Below are positions 24,141 to 35,495 of a stretch of 64,000 nucleotides of DNA, one piece after another. The translations under genes and the position numbers were made by a program. The DNA lies in assembly GCF_964194025.1 (NCBI RefSeq), contig NW_027451934.1, positions 1-64,000 on the forward strand, read 5' to 3'. How positions within the stretch are numbered: the first letter of the stretch is position 1; each line of letters starts with the position of its first letter. Under the pieces are notes generated by a model. That model was not told where the DNA came from and searched no databases. It saw only the letters and a list, made by a program, of their open reading frames with translations. Source of the DNA: Convolutriloba macropyga. Taxonomy: Eukaryota.

Positions 24141-24716
24141 ATGGGTGGTGAGGAGTTACGTGTCAATATTTGTTCCGATTCAGAGAGTGATCCGATGCTC
24201 TCACCGGTAGCATCAAGTGGAGAAGAGGAGAATAATCAACCACAACCGGGCAACTTATCAACTGCTGCTTCCATTTCTCAAAACACTGCAAGTCTTAATA
24301 ATGACCATGCACTGGATTCTCTTTGCGAGCAGGGTGCTTCGGGTTTCTGTAAACGATTGGATCAAAGGTTTTCCAAGCATCTGCAGCTGATGCAGAAAGG
24401 AGTTGTTTCTGTTTATAGTGGGGGTTCCGTTGGGCAGAATATGGAGTTCGATGATGCCTGCCTCGCACTTCACGTCCTGGAAAATATGTTGGTACAAGAA
24501 TTGAAAGAGCTGAAAGTATACGATGTGATACAGGATCCTGGAGTGCTGCTGGTACTCCTGAGGCGGTTCTCTGGCATTCTCAAAGAAAATGCAGAAATGT
24601 GCGAGCAAAACTATTTACCCAATAAGGCTTCCAAGAGAAAACGTTACTCCAAGAAATTGCTAGCAACTGATTTAACTTTCCGCGAGCTCTTGAACATCGT
24701 GGACCCAGAATATTAA
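24141..24716 (+). CDS. Hypothetical Polinton protein (191 aa)
   Basis: Intact ORF; tttcag acceptor 10 nt before the ATG. Confidence 0.65.
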   Translation: MGGEELRVNICSDSESDPMLSPVASSGEEENNQPQPGNLSTAASISQNTASLNNDHALDSLCEQGASGFCKRLDQRFSKHLQLMQKGVVSVYSGGSVGQNMEFDDACLALHVLENMLVQELKELKVYDVIQDPGVLLVLLRRFSGILKENAEMCEQNYLPNKASKRKRYSKKLLATDLTFRELLNIVDPEY

Positions 24717-24898
24717 ACTTCTGGATTATATGTCATACTTTGTGTTTTATACAGTTATTTACATTTTGAAAGCGTTGCTTTTGTATTTTTAATTTCTAGA
24801 ATCGTTCCGTTTTTGTTTGCAAGTCTGAGGCTGTCCCCGATTAAATTAGTTTCATACGGAAAAAGTTACAGAAATTTTTTGATTTTCAGTGCCTTATT

Positions 24899-25315
24899 AT
24901 GACAGAAAATCAGGATATAGCAGCCAGACTTTCTGTTTTGAGCAATGAATTACTGGAGGCCGGTACTTTATTGTTTGGTTCAGTTCAAAAACAACCTGAT
25001 TTTCCGCTTGCTCTGCAGAGGTTGTTGCATATTAGAAATTGTTTCCAAGATGTAATCTGCAGTGGTCAACTAACGAATAATATATCCCGTTTCCAGTATT
25101 TCAACTTGATGTTTCGTTTGGAAGCAGTGTACAGATCACTTAGCTATTGCTACAACATGCTTGGAATGCCCAAAGATGCGAATGCGTGTCGAGCTTCAGC
25201 CATCTTCTTCAAAGGAAAATTTGCAAGCTATGTTGCTCCAGGTACTGTTTTTGGCAACCTCCAGGACAAAGATGAGCAACCCAAGTTTCTCAAGCCCTCA
25301 ACAAAACAGAACTGA
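24899..25315 (+). CDS. Hypothetical helical Polinton protein (138 aa)
   Basis: Intact ORF; ttttcag acceptor 9 nt before the ATG. Confidence 0.6.
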   Translation: MTENQDIAARLSVLSNELLEAGTLLFGSVQKQPDFPLALQRLLHIRNCFQDVICSGQLTNNISRFQYFNLMFRLEAVYRSLSYCYNMLGMPKDANACRASAIFFKGKFASYVAPGTVFGNLQDKDEQPKFLKPSTKQN

Positions 25316-25587
25316 GACTCTGGCTGATCCTTCGATCTCTTACTGAAAACATGTCATCATCAATAACTCTAAAAGACAAAGTTGACAAGAAAACTTTGGT
25401 TCTCTTCTTTTTTCTACTTTCTGTGTTTGTTGTGATTCTGAGTATGTTTGTGTGTTTTATAGGTTTTGTTTGTGTAATTTTTATGTTTTTGTAATTAAAA
25501 TTGTCTGAAGCAGATATCTTAAGCACATAGTAAATCGACGTGCCGTTAGTTGATCCATGCTGAGTTCTAGTTTGGTTCCAGAAAACA

Positions 25588-28500
25588 ATGTCGAATAAAG
25601 CTGGTGTCGATGCAACTCAGGATGAAGCTGAGAGCATTTCTCAAGAGAGTGAACCGCGAGACCATGTATCTTCACAGAACGTACAAACAACTGATGAACG
25701 CAACCAGAGACCGTCTGGGTTCGATCCGAGCCAACATTACACTATCATTAGACGGCCTCAGAGAAGAAGCAGCCTTCAAGCCGTTAGCAGGGATTTCGAA
25801 GTACTATTTGTTGATATTGAGCGTAACATCCCCCATCTGAGAGAAATTTTTGAAAGCCTAATCAGTACACTCGTGGCCGATGTGCTGAGCGAAATGAATG
25901 GAGTCTCCCATCGTGTTAGAATTGTTTTGAATGCACCCAGCTTGAACTACCCCATTCATATACCCTTTCAAGATGCGAGTACTATTAATGTTGATCTTAT
26001 TTTAAATGAACTTGATAGAGTTCTCAATTCGCATGAAAGTTTTGATATAAGCAGTGATATCAAATTAAACTTGCTTTGTATATCCCTCCCGTCGATGGGT
26101 GGCAAAAAAATCGGTGGAATTGAAAACAGGTCTGTGCCCGATTTGTACACATTCTTGTCAGCAAAAAGATCTGTCATTACAATCAAATCGCAAAATAATG
26201 ATTGTCTGATAAGAGCTCTTGCCGTGGGTCTAGCTATCAGCAACGCATCAGCAGAAGATAAAAAGCAAAAACGTTGGACCGAGTCTATTCAGACAGCGGA
26301 AGTTAAGCAGCTTCTATTTCGATTGAAACAATTCAAAGAGCTCAAGATATTTCAAAACACTGGAGACAAACTCACTCTCGAGGATCTCAGCAGCATTGCG
26401 GCCACGCCGGTTTTTAATAATGTCAACATTACGATCTACGACAGAAATTTTATGGGTGTCTATTTGAAGAGCTTCAATGACCATAAGGAGCTCCATGTTG
26501 ATCTGCTTTACGACAAGGAGTCCGGTCACGTTGACGTAATTAAGTCAATGAAGGGCTTATTTAGCTGTCGTTTTTACTGCTATGCGTGCCACAAAGGTTA
26601 CTCTTGCGTAAAGCATCAATGTCCAGCGATTGGTTGTGGCTTATGCCGACAGATGGGTTGCTTAAATCGCACTGGATATATCACTACTGCACCCGAGTTT
26701 GGCAAACGTCAAGAGTTCAAGTGTGCTGTCTGTGGTCTATCATTAAGGAGTCAGTTTTGTCTAGACAGCCGCATCGAGAAGCAGATATGCCTGTATTACT
26801 TTAAATGCCCGTTGTGCAACTCAACGATACCCAAACATTCGTCGACTAACCATGTTTGTTCTCAGAAGTTCTGTCTTGTTTGTTATCAACAGTATCCAAA
26901 GATTGGGTCAAAAGAGCACGAGTGTTATGTGCAAAAACCCAGAAAGCGCAAATCTACATTTTTTACAAAAGAAGTCGAAGACAATGAGCCACAAAGAAAG
27001 TTGGAGAGATTTCAGGAAATTGAGTTTGGTGAAGAAGATGGCTTCCACGAGGTTGATGTTGAACAAAGGGATTCACCGGCCGTTGATAATGAAAATATTT
27101 GGGCATTTGATATTGAAACAGATCAGAGCTGCTTGAATGATAACGAGCACAAACCTGTTCTCCTGGTTGCGAGAAATCTTAGTGGCTCGCTGGAGGAAAT
27201 CTACGACGGGTACGATTGTATTGACCGTTTCTGCTCAGAAGTCTTTCTGAAGAACAGTCAACGGGTGAGAAAATATGAATGGTTTATTGCTCATTTCGGA
27301 AGTGGCTTTGATTTCCTTCCAGTCTTGCAATGGCTTTATACTAAACAAAAGTACGTGCCCAAAATTGTTCTGAGAGGAAACAAAATAATTTCGCTCAAAG
27401 TGGGCAACAAACGGTTTATTGACTCATATCTCTTTATTCCTGTTCCCTTACGGAAGTTTCCGGAGACATTTGGAATAGCAGAACTCAGAAAAGGATATTT
27501 TCCTCACTATTTGACATCATCACAATCTTTGAACAACGACATGACGCTGCACGATCGGAAGAAGTGTGAAAGGGGATATCTATGTTTGTGGACATTTATT
27601 AGGACTGATGACTGTAGCCATTGTGTGGGAGATGAATCAAGAACCCTAGAGGCAGGCAATTTTCCTCCTATTTGTGTGTTTGGTGCCAAAATGTTCTCTA
27701 ACAAAAAAGAGTACGAAAAGTTCAAACTGTGGCATGACGGTCAAAAGGAGAAGTACCGAGAAGAAGATCTTCGATACAATTTTAGAGAGGAGTTGTTACA
27801 GTATTGTCGCTCTGATGTTGAACTCCTCAGGATGGGTGTATGCAAGTTTCGTCAATTGATAGCAGAGTCATGTTTTGGTGTTGATGTCTTCAAAACCGCA
27901 TGTACTGCTGCTTCCGCTTGCAATTACATTTATCGACGTTTTTTTATGCCTTCCAACTCGATTGCAATTTTGACTACGAACGGCTATAGAGCTTTGGATA
28001 GAACATCTTTTTCAGCTAACCAGTGGCTCGAATGGAAAGAAGTTTTCTCTCTGACACGCCTAATTCATCCCTCAGGATGTACCGCTCAAATGTATTTTCA
28101 CAGTCGCCGTCAAATATCAGTACCTGTAAACAATCAGGTGAACAAAGAGTTGGGCAGTTCAAAGTTGACGGAATTCTTTTAAAAAACATCTCAAATATTT
28201 GGGATTGCAAAGAAACCTACGAGGCAACAGTTTTTGAGTTTTTCGGTTGCTATTACCACGGCTGTCCAAAATGCTTTAAAAATCGCAAAGAACTTAATAA
28301 AAAGGCCGGAGTTAGTATGGAGACTCTTTATCAAGACAGTTTTGTGAACCGTTTAGCTTGGTTCTCAACACAGAAGGAGTTAGGAACACAATTTCTTACT
28401 AAAGATGGAATTCACTTTTCAATTGTCGACGTTCAGCATATTTGGGGTTGCGATTTTGATAAATTAATACAACGAGAGAATGTAACAACTTGCAGCTTTG

Positions 28501-30104
28501 ACCGCCCTATACTTCCAGCAGAAGAGAAATTATCAACAGTTTTGAAGAAGAGCAACATCTTTGCACCCCTTAAGGCAAGAGATGCTTTTGTTGGAGGACG
28601 AACTGAAAATTTTTACTCTTACTGGTACAAAGGTGAGAGTAAATTCAATTTGAAATATGTTGATGTTTGCTCTTTGTACCCATATGTTAACGCTCATTCT
28701 TTCTATCCTGTTGGTCATCCTGATCAGGTTTTGGTCGCACCCATCTTCAACGATGATCCAGAGCATTATCTGTGCTCCAAAAATAGAAAATTAAAAGCGC
28801 TAGACAATTCTGTTTACAGTGAAAGTTTTACTTATGTTGAAAACTGTGTTTTGACAGAAACGTTCTTTGGCCTAATAAAGTGTGTGGTTCTTGCTCCTCG
28901 TGATCTGCTGATTCCCGTTCTGCCTTTCAAACATAACAAAAAATTGTTCTTCCCTCTCTGTAAGGAGTGCGTGGTAACTAAAAACATGGCACAACAACCT
29001 ATTGAAGAGAGCAATTTCCAATTTTGTTCACATACAGCACCTTCGGAAAGATCATTTTTTGGGACATTTGTTTCGACGGAATTGAAGCTTGCTGTAGAGA
29101 AAGGATATCGGATACTTGATGTTGCTGAAGTTTGGAATTGGGAATACTCAAAGAGATCACAGAACTTGTTCAGAGATTATATAAAGACCTTTTTGAAACT
29201 AAAAACCGCAGCTAGTGGTTGGGGAAATATTTGTGACTGTGTACATAGCAACACAGACGAGCCATGTCAACACAGAGAAAAATTCTTGAGAGACTTTGAG
29301 CAAAAAGAAGGAATTGCTCTGAACGCTTCGAACATGTCTTACAATGAAGGAATTCGTTTCAAATCCAAAATCCTATTGAATTCGTTCTGGGGTTACCTGG
29401 GGATGAGGGAAAATCTCCCCAAAACAAGGTATATCAACAGTTACGCAGATGTTGTGAAAATGTTCACTTCAGATACGAATCGTGTTGTTGACGCATCTTT
29501 GGTTGGCGATGATCTGATGTTCATACAATATCAATTAATCGACGAAGAGGTAGAATCTAACAGAAAATCGAATGTGGTTCTAGCTGCTTTCACAACGGCG
29601 CATGCAAGATGTTTTCTATATAAAAACATGGTGAAGGTGAAAGATCCTAGAAATATTCTATATTGTGATACCGACAGCATTATGTATTTACAAGATGGGT
29701 GCTCGAATACTGAACCTGATATTGAATTGGGGAGTTTCATGGGCGATATGACCGATGAAATTCCCTCTAACGTTGTTATTACTGACTTCTTCAGCGGTGG
29801 GCCAAAATTCTATTGTTTGAGTGGATTCTATTCAGACACATCTAATGATTACAATGTTTTCAAAATGAAAGGCATCACAATGAACAGAGCGTGTGAAAAA
29901 ATATTTGATAAAGATGGATTCAAGAAATTGGTACTCCAAGAAGTTCATGAATTGAGGTCTCCCTTCAGCTCGATGAAAAGATGTGTTCGCAGTGGAAGAA
30001 TTCACAACAGTTTTTGTCAAAAAGTAACAAAAACAACTAGCAATAAACGCGTTTTTTCCTCTGAAACTGGTAGTTCTGTTCCTTATGGATATTGTTGTTC
30101 TTAA
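25588..30104 (+). CDS. Protein-primed family B DNA polymerase (pPolB) with one -1 frameshift near 28040
   Basis: vOTU-like DCLIRA...HVDVI, CxxC clusters, exonuclease FDIET / HFGSGFDF / FIDSY / YCRSDV, Vsr-like VDG...FEFFGCYYHGC, and polymerase YVDVCSLYP, KILLNSFWG and YCDTDS. Confidence 0.95.
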
Positions 30105-30208
30105 TTTGGATTTTTTTTTAAAAAAAGAAACAGTTTGTTAACTTTCCAAATCAAAAATCCCACTGCTATATATTTGATGATAATTGATAGTTTTTTTCAG
30201 AAAAAGCA

Positions 30209-30811
30209 ATGGAATTTCGAAACAGTTGTTCTAGATCCTTTGCTCACTTTGTTTTCTACCCATCTCAAAAAAGCGCAAAGGATGCTTTAGAACAAACCAA
30301 GTGCCTGAAGATAGACCTGGTTAAATTGTTGTCAGACGCAGGCGTCTCATTCGTTCTGGGAGCGCATTATCATCAATGTTTACGACAGTGCGGATTCATT
30401 GATGATGCAAGCGAGTGTGTTGCTGCTGAATGTGACGAGCAGAAAAACAAACGCGGCTACGGCAAGTGCATACTAAGCAGCAATCCAGTCGCTGATTCAC
30501 AAAATTTGTGCAACCATGTGCATTTGCTGCTTCATATCTCTAACAAAGTGAAAAACACCAACGAGAAGGATGATTTTCCCTTTTCGCACATGCCAAGTAC
30601 AAATTGGGGGTTGGAGACTGTGATCGATATCGTACGCAACTACTTTAATGCGCATCAACCTGGACCCGGATTAGCATTTCCAAAGGGGTTTCGTGTTGAG
30701 CAGAGAAATGTGTGGTGTCCGTTCTCAATATTTGCAGCTTTTGTTCACCTGCAAAAGTCGCATGTTGTTATTCAGGGTTCAGTTTTTCAGAAAACTTTTA
30801 AAAAAGCGTGA
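30209..30811 (+). CDS. Hypothetical Cys/His-rich protein with an HUH-like HVHLLL motif
   Basis: Intact ORF with an acceptor 8 nt upstream; contains FVLGAH and NHVHLLLH. Confidence 0.55.
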   Translation: MEFRNSCSRSFAHFVFYPSQKSAKDALEQTKCLKIDLVKLLSDAGVSFVLGAHYHQCLRQCGFIDDASECVAAECDEQKNKRGYGKCILSSNPVADSQNLCNHVHLLLHISNKVKNTNEKDDFPFSHMPSTNWGLETVIDIVRNYFNAHQPGPGLAFPKGFRVEQRNVWCPFSIFAAFVHLQKSHVVIQGSVFQKTFKKA

Positions 30812-31075
30812 CAGAACCACCCAGAAAATCAACGCTATTTTCCCAAACGTCCTCCAGTGCTTCGATCAAAAACAGTTTGGCAACTTCATTGTCATTAGGA
30901 AACCATTTTTGATGTTTCTGTAACTGTGTTTTTTGTTCTCATCTTAGTTAGTGTATGTTGTATCGTAAACAATGTATAACTTTGGTTAATACCTTTTTAT
31001 CAATTGCTCGCGCGATTCGACTTTCCTTAACTAATATTCTATGCATCAGCTTAGTATTTTTTCAGATCTGATAAC

Positions 31076-31600
31076 ATGGCGTTTATGCCTATAACAAAGA
31101 ATTTGTTTGTCAGGGTCTGGTCCTATGACGCAATTTTGTCAGCTTGCGGTGAATCTGTAGATGAGTCTAACGGATTTCAAACACGTGTGGAATTTTTCTG
31201 GCGAAAACAACTACTTGAAAATTCAGAAAGTTTTATCGCTGCGCAGTCTGACGAAGAAGATGGAGCCGAGAACTGCGATGAAGACTGTGTGCCGAATGAA
31301 GCAATCAGTATTATGATTGGAAAAAAGACTTACTTGTTGAAGCCGTTCTTCACACTATCGGGAAAGGAGTTTAGCAGATTAGCTGCGTTTGAGCCAATAC
31401 TAAACCACGTAGATGTCTGGACCAAACGATTTGGCCGACGGCTTGGAGGAGATGGTTTAATTGATCAGGAAGGACGAACTGCATTTTCCGACGGGAGACC
31501 CGGCGAACTATCTTGTAGCTGCTCTCTGCCTGTTAAGCAAGCCCGAAAGTTGTATTCAGGGTATGGCAAGCTCTGCGGAACAAATGAAAGTCACCTTTGA
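31076..31600 (+). CDS. Hypothetical protein, weakly PC4-like
   Basis: FMPITKNLFVRVWSY...RVEFF...FTLSGKEFSRL; acceptor 10 nt upstream. Confidence 0.55.
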   Translation: MAFMPITKNLFVRVWSYDAILSACGESVDESNGFQTRVEFFWRKQLLENSESFIAAQSDEEDGAENCDEDCVPNEAISIMIGKKTYLLKPFFTLSGKEFSRLAAFEPILNHVDVWTKRFGRRLGGDGLIDQEGRTAFSDGRPGELSCSCSLPVKQARKLYSGYGKLCGTNESHL

Positions 31601-31781
31601 ATTTGGAAGTGACGCAGCAGTTACTGGGGATCAATCCAGTTTGGCTTTTTTAACCTTGTTAGTTGGAAGTAAAACTGAAAATATAGTTTCCCCGGGGTAA
31701 ATTTTTTCTAGCAAAAATAGAATTGTTTCTTTTTTTTAGAATTCGTCCGAACGTTTTTCAGTTGCTGTTTTTCAGTTTGTA

Positions 31782-32411
31782 ATGAGTGCTGCCGATTTCT
31801 TCTCATTCCCAAATCAGGAGACAATTGCCAATTCAATCAAAGTGATTGATGTTACAGCCTGTGTGCAATTTCTGACGAAGATAAACGTTCCAGTTGCTGC
31901 TCGATTTTTTCCTGATTTTATTGAAAAATGGAAAAAACGTAAACCGCTATATCTGACTTTATCAAATCCCGCAGCATTTGGATGCCTGTACCCCACGGGA
32001 AAAATGTTAATAAGCGGCTGCAAGACTGTATTCGAGACTTGGGTTCAAGTTGATTGCTTCACCAACAAGTTACGATCGATGGGACTTGCTGCCACCTCAA
32101 TCAGTTTTGAAATCAAGTGGATCAGTGCAGAAATTGATCTGAAGCAGCTTTTATCTCTTGCAGAAATGCCGTCTATAGCTCATATGGCTCATTACGTAAA
32201 ATACAAACTGCGATCAGCACGTGTTCATGTTGTTGCAAATCTAGCTATGTCAGTGAAACTAGAGACAAAATCGGCGGAATTTTTGTTTTTCAAGTCTGGA
32301 AGAATGAAAATCAAAAGCGACTCTTGGACTGATATTGTTGAAGAATCTTCTAAGATCTTGCAACTTTTAAGGCATACATTTTGGTTTGAAAGAGTAACTT
32401 CAGTTTTGTAA
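31782..32411 (+). CDS. Divergent TATA-box-binding protein (TBP)-like protein
   Basis: Two TBP-like repeats. [27 protein letters not shown] aligns with [52 protein letters not shown] with [25 protein letters not shown]; and [11 protein letters not shown] with LLIFVSGKVVL. Confidence 0.8.
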   Translation: [209 protein letters not shown]

Positions 32412-32519
32412 AAGAAGTGTTGCAATTGATTTGTTTTGATATCATACATTCGAAACGATTTCGGTACAGAAAATTAGAACATTTTGCTCACAAGTTTTTT
32501 TTGTTTTTCAGTTGTCAAT

Positions 32520-33188
32520 ATGATTTGCTCGAAAAGAACTGAGAACAAGGAAAATGTTCGTCCACCCAACACACCCGACAGAGCAGTATTAACGGACCAA
32601 GAAGTCAGCAGCCCTCATCAAAACTTTACTGATGCAGTGGAAGCCGGCGACCGACCGCGGTTTTTGTCGCGACCGCACGCGAGCGGGTCTGGCAGCGACG
32701 GGCGGGGCGCGAGCGGATCCGGCGGCGACGGGCGGGCATCTGCACAAGCATCAGCATTTAGTCCTCAGGAATCCATATCAGAAGGTTACAGCTTTTCTAG
32801 ATTCAGACAACCGTTACAAAATATTAGTAATATGGAAAACCATGAAATCGGAGGATCCCAGAATCCTGATCGTGTGGGGCCGCAGAGGCAACTGACAACA
32901 GCTCCAACATATCAACGGAGTTTTGGATTTGATCCAAGCTACTCCCGAGCTAGATTGTTATTGGATGAAAACTTTTGGAGTCCTCTGTCAGAGGCTATGT
33001 CGGACAGTTTACATGGCAGCGATAACGAGGATGAGCATGAGACCGACGCGCATGATGGTGAAGCTGATTCGAGCGGCGAGGCTGGTGATGAGGAAATTAA
33101 TGATTCAGTTTTTGAAGACGGCATTAGGCACTATCCATTTAATGCTGGAACTAGTGCTAGACGCGAAAGACTCAACGCTGAGAGTTGA
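32520..33188 (+). CDS. Disordered acidic protein with KEN-box and D-box-like motifs
   Basis: ATG 32520 follows tttttcag. Contains NKENV, RQPLQNISN, several S/TP sites and a duplicated GC-rich ASGSG.DGR. Confidence 0.65.
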   Translation: MICSKRTENKENVRPPNTPDRAVLTDQEVSSPHQNFTDAVEAGDRPRFLSRPHASGSGSDGRGASGSGGDGRASAQASAFSPQESISEGYSFSRFRQPLQNISNMENHEIGGSQNPDRVGPQRQLTTAPTYQRSFGFDPSYSRARLLLDENFWSPLSEAMSDSLHGSDNEDEHETDAHDGEADSSGEAGDEEINDSVFEDGIRHYPFNAGTSARRERLNAES

Positions 33189-33263
33189 ACTCTTTTTTGT
33201 AAAACTATGTACCTATTATTAGTATTTGACGTGTTTGTTATTTAATAAACAACTTTTTACACC

Positions 33264-33917
33264 ATGTTAGATCAGTTAACAGAAATGAGAAACAGTAAAA
33301 AGCAGCGTGTGGAGCTGCCCTTAGGAGAAGTAACGACTGAGAAGAAATTTGAGTTAAAGTCAATACGCAGCGCCGAGCTTCACGGTGATACGTTTAATTG
33401 CAGTAAAGTTCCTCATAATCAGATCTTGTTCCTTGCTCAGTACTTTGTTTTAGTTCTGTTATTATTTTTTTGTCTCGTACAATTGGCTTTAAAGAACAGT
33501 TCACTCGAAAAGTCAATTTTGACCTGCGCCGAAAACACTACATATTTTACTATTTTGAGTACAACAATTGGATACATCCTTCCGGCGCCTAGGCCCAATT
33601 CAGGAAATAATGTGACACAAACTGTGGAGGTGACAAACTTAGACGAGACTGATAACGCTATTGAAAATAGTTCCTCACCCGATTTCAAGTTCAACCCTGA
33701 AACCGAAAGCAGATCCCAATCAGTTTGGCGTTTTGTGTGCTGCATAACGCGAAGATCCGATTTGTTGTTCTTGAGTCAAATAGCTTTCGTACTGATAATG
33801 TCTGTAGTTTGCGTGCTGCAGTTATCTTTGAGAGAACCCAACTGTGAGGAAAAAACTGCCTATTTCACAATACTTTCAGCACTTTTGACTTTCCTTCTAC
33901 CTCCGATGCAAAATTAA
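33264..33917 (+). CDS. Membrane protein with an internally duplicated two-TM hairpin
   Basis: LFLAQ...CLVQL...YFTILSTTIGYILPAP is repeated as LFLSQ...CVLQL...YFTILSALLTFLLPP. Confidence 0.75.
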   Translation: MLDQLTEMRNSKKQRVELPLGEVTTEKKFELKSIRSAELHGDTFNCSKVPHNQILFLAQYFVLVLLLFFCLVQLALKNSSLEKSILTCAENTTYFTILSTTIGYILPAPRPNSGNNVTQTVEVTNLDETDNAIENSSSPDFKFNPETESRSQSVWRFVCCITRRSDLLFLSQIAFVLIMSVVCVLQLSLREPNCEEKTAYFTILSALLTFLLPPMQN

Positions 33918-33943
33918 CGGTGCTCTGTTGGATAAAAGTTGAC

Positions 33944-34838
33944 ATGAACAAAATTATTCCAACATCAGAGCGAATATTTATGTGTGTATGTGGATCATCT
34001 GAGTCGGGTAAAAGTTTTTTTAATATACAAGATGTTCCGCGAACCGGTCGCAACAAGTGGTATTTTCCAGCCTCCTTTCTATCAAGTTTTTGTTTTTTAC
34101 CGGTTTTGGCAGTCAGTTTATGATCAGATGGCTGCTGAGTGCTCCCCACACTTCATTTTTCACTGCATTTCATCACTGATTACAGAGGGTGTCGAACGTT
34201 CATCCAATGGTATTGACGATTGGTTGAACAAGTTTGTGGAAAACTTTGAACCAGTTACCGGTCAGAGCACACTACTACTATTTGATGATTCATGTGAAGA
34301 AGTTTTAGAGAGCAAGGCGTTTGAGAACCTTGCGACAGCCGGTCGTCACAAAAAACTCCATGTGATTTTCATTAAACACAATCTCTATCAAAAAGGAAAA
34401 TATTCAGTGACTATTGACAAGAATACCACGCATATCATACTTACGCAGTCTCCCAGAATTGGCAGGCAACTGAAAATTTTGGGAACTGAAATTGAATGTG
34501 CCCCTTCTAATTTCATCCACTGTTGCTACCAGTTATCGATGTCAAAACAACAATATGGTCATTTTCTGGTAGATTTAACAACGCAGTGTCCTGACGAACT
34601 TCGTTTTTGCACCAACATAACAAGTCAGTGTATTGGCAGTCTCTCTACTGGGCAGTTGAATATCTCGATCAAAAACAACAAAGTGGTAAACGGAAGCCAA
34701 CTGTCCTGTACAACGTTTTTTAGACCTGCAGTGAAGAGTGGGAGATTGTCAGTTGATTGCATCGATTCACCAGAACTAAGTGAAAAGCATTCAATTCTTT
34801 TTTCTGATTTTTTGAAACGCTTGCAGAACGGCTATTGA
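33944..34838 (+). CDS. A32/FtsK-like packaging ATPase with a +1 frameshift in the T7 run at 34015-34021
   Basis: Walker A GSSESGKS lies in ORF 33920; Walker B LLLFDD, AGRH and FIKHNLY lie in ORF 33984. Confidence 0.9.
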
Positions 34839-34862
34839 TTTTCTGAAGGCTGTTGCAACTCA

Positions 34863-35495
34863 ATGTTTCCTGCTCAATCGCGAAGAACAACCGGCAAACC
34901 AACACAATTTATCCTGCTGCCCATATCTTCAATTGAATCCGAAGATAAAAATGTTGGTAATTTTTCAGCAAAAATACAAAAAATCGGAGCTCTGGGCCGT
35001 GAAGTGGTAGAATCAAGTAACTTAAAAAACACAATATCCTCGCAAAAAGAAATTAACAATGATGAGAATTCTTGTTCTAGTATTCCCGGCCCATCGGATA
35101 AAAGACCTCAGGGTGAAGAGCCAAAAAAAACATTGATTCAAGCTACAAACCCAGCTCCATATTCAAACACTAAAAGCAAGAAAAAGTCAACGGTAAACCT
35201 CCCACGGGAAAAAAACCGTCGAAGAAAAATTCAAGTTCTGCTTTCCCTGCTGCAAGATTGCAGGAACTTGCGTATAAACTTGGCAAAAAAGTCTATTAGG
35301 CTTTCTTCTGGTCGTGCTGAAGTCTCCCTGGTAATTTTGTTAAAAAAACTATCCAGTCCCAAGTCGGACTTTGACAAAAGTTTGAAGCCATTTATCGAAG
35401 CTCTGCTACAAGACTACTCGAAAGAACGACTTTCAAATCTTTTTCTAAACCCATCTGCGATAACATTTTTGAACACTAAAGACAGTTCGCTATAA
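34863..35495 (+). CDS. Hypothetical basic Polinton protein between ATPase and integrase
   Basis: Intact 210-aa ORF whose stop overlaps the integrase start (TAATG). Confidence 0.65.
   Translation: MFPAQSRRTTGKPTQFILLPISSIESEDKNVGNFSAKIQKIGALGREVVESSNLKNTISSQKEINNDENSCSSIPGPSDKRPQGEEPKKTLIQATNPAPYSNTKSKKKSTVNLPREKNRRRKIQVLLSLLQDCRNLRINLAKKSIRLSSGRAEVSLVILLKKLSSPKSDFDKSLKPFIEALLQDYSKERLSNLFLNPSAITFLNTKDSSL

Noticed and set aside
33510-33535. LxCxE (LTCAE) in the membrane protein
   Set aside because: It lies in a loop between TM helices and the duplicated module lacks the Leu, so Rb binding is unlikely.
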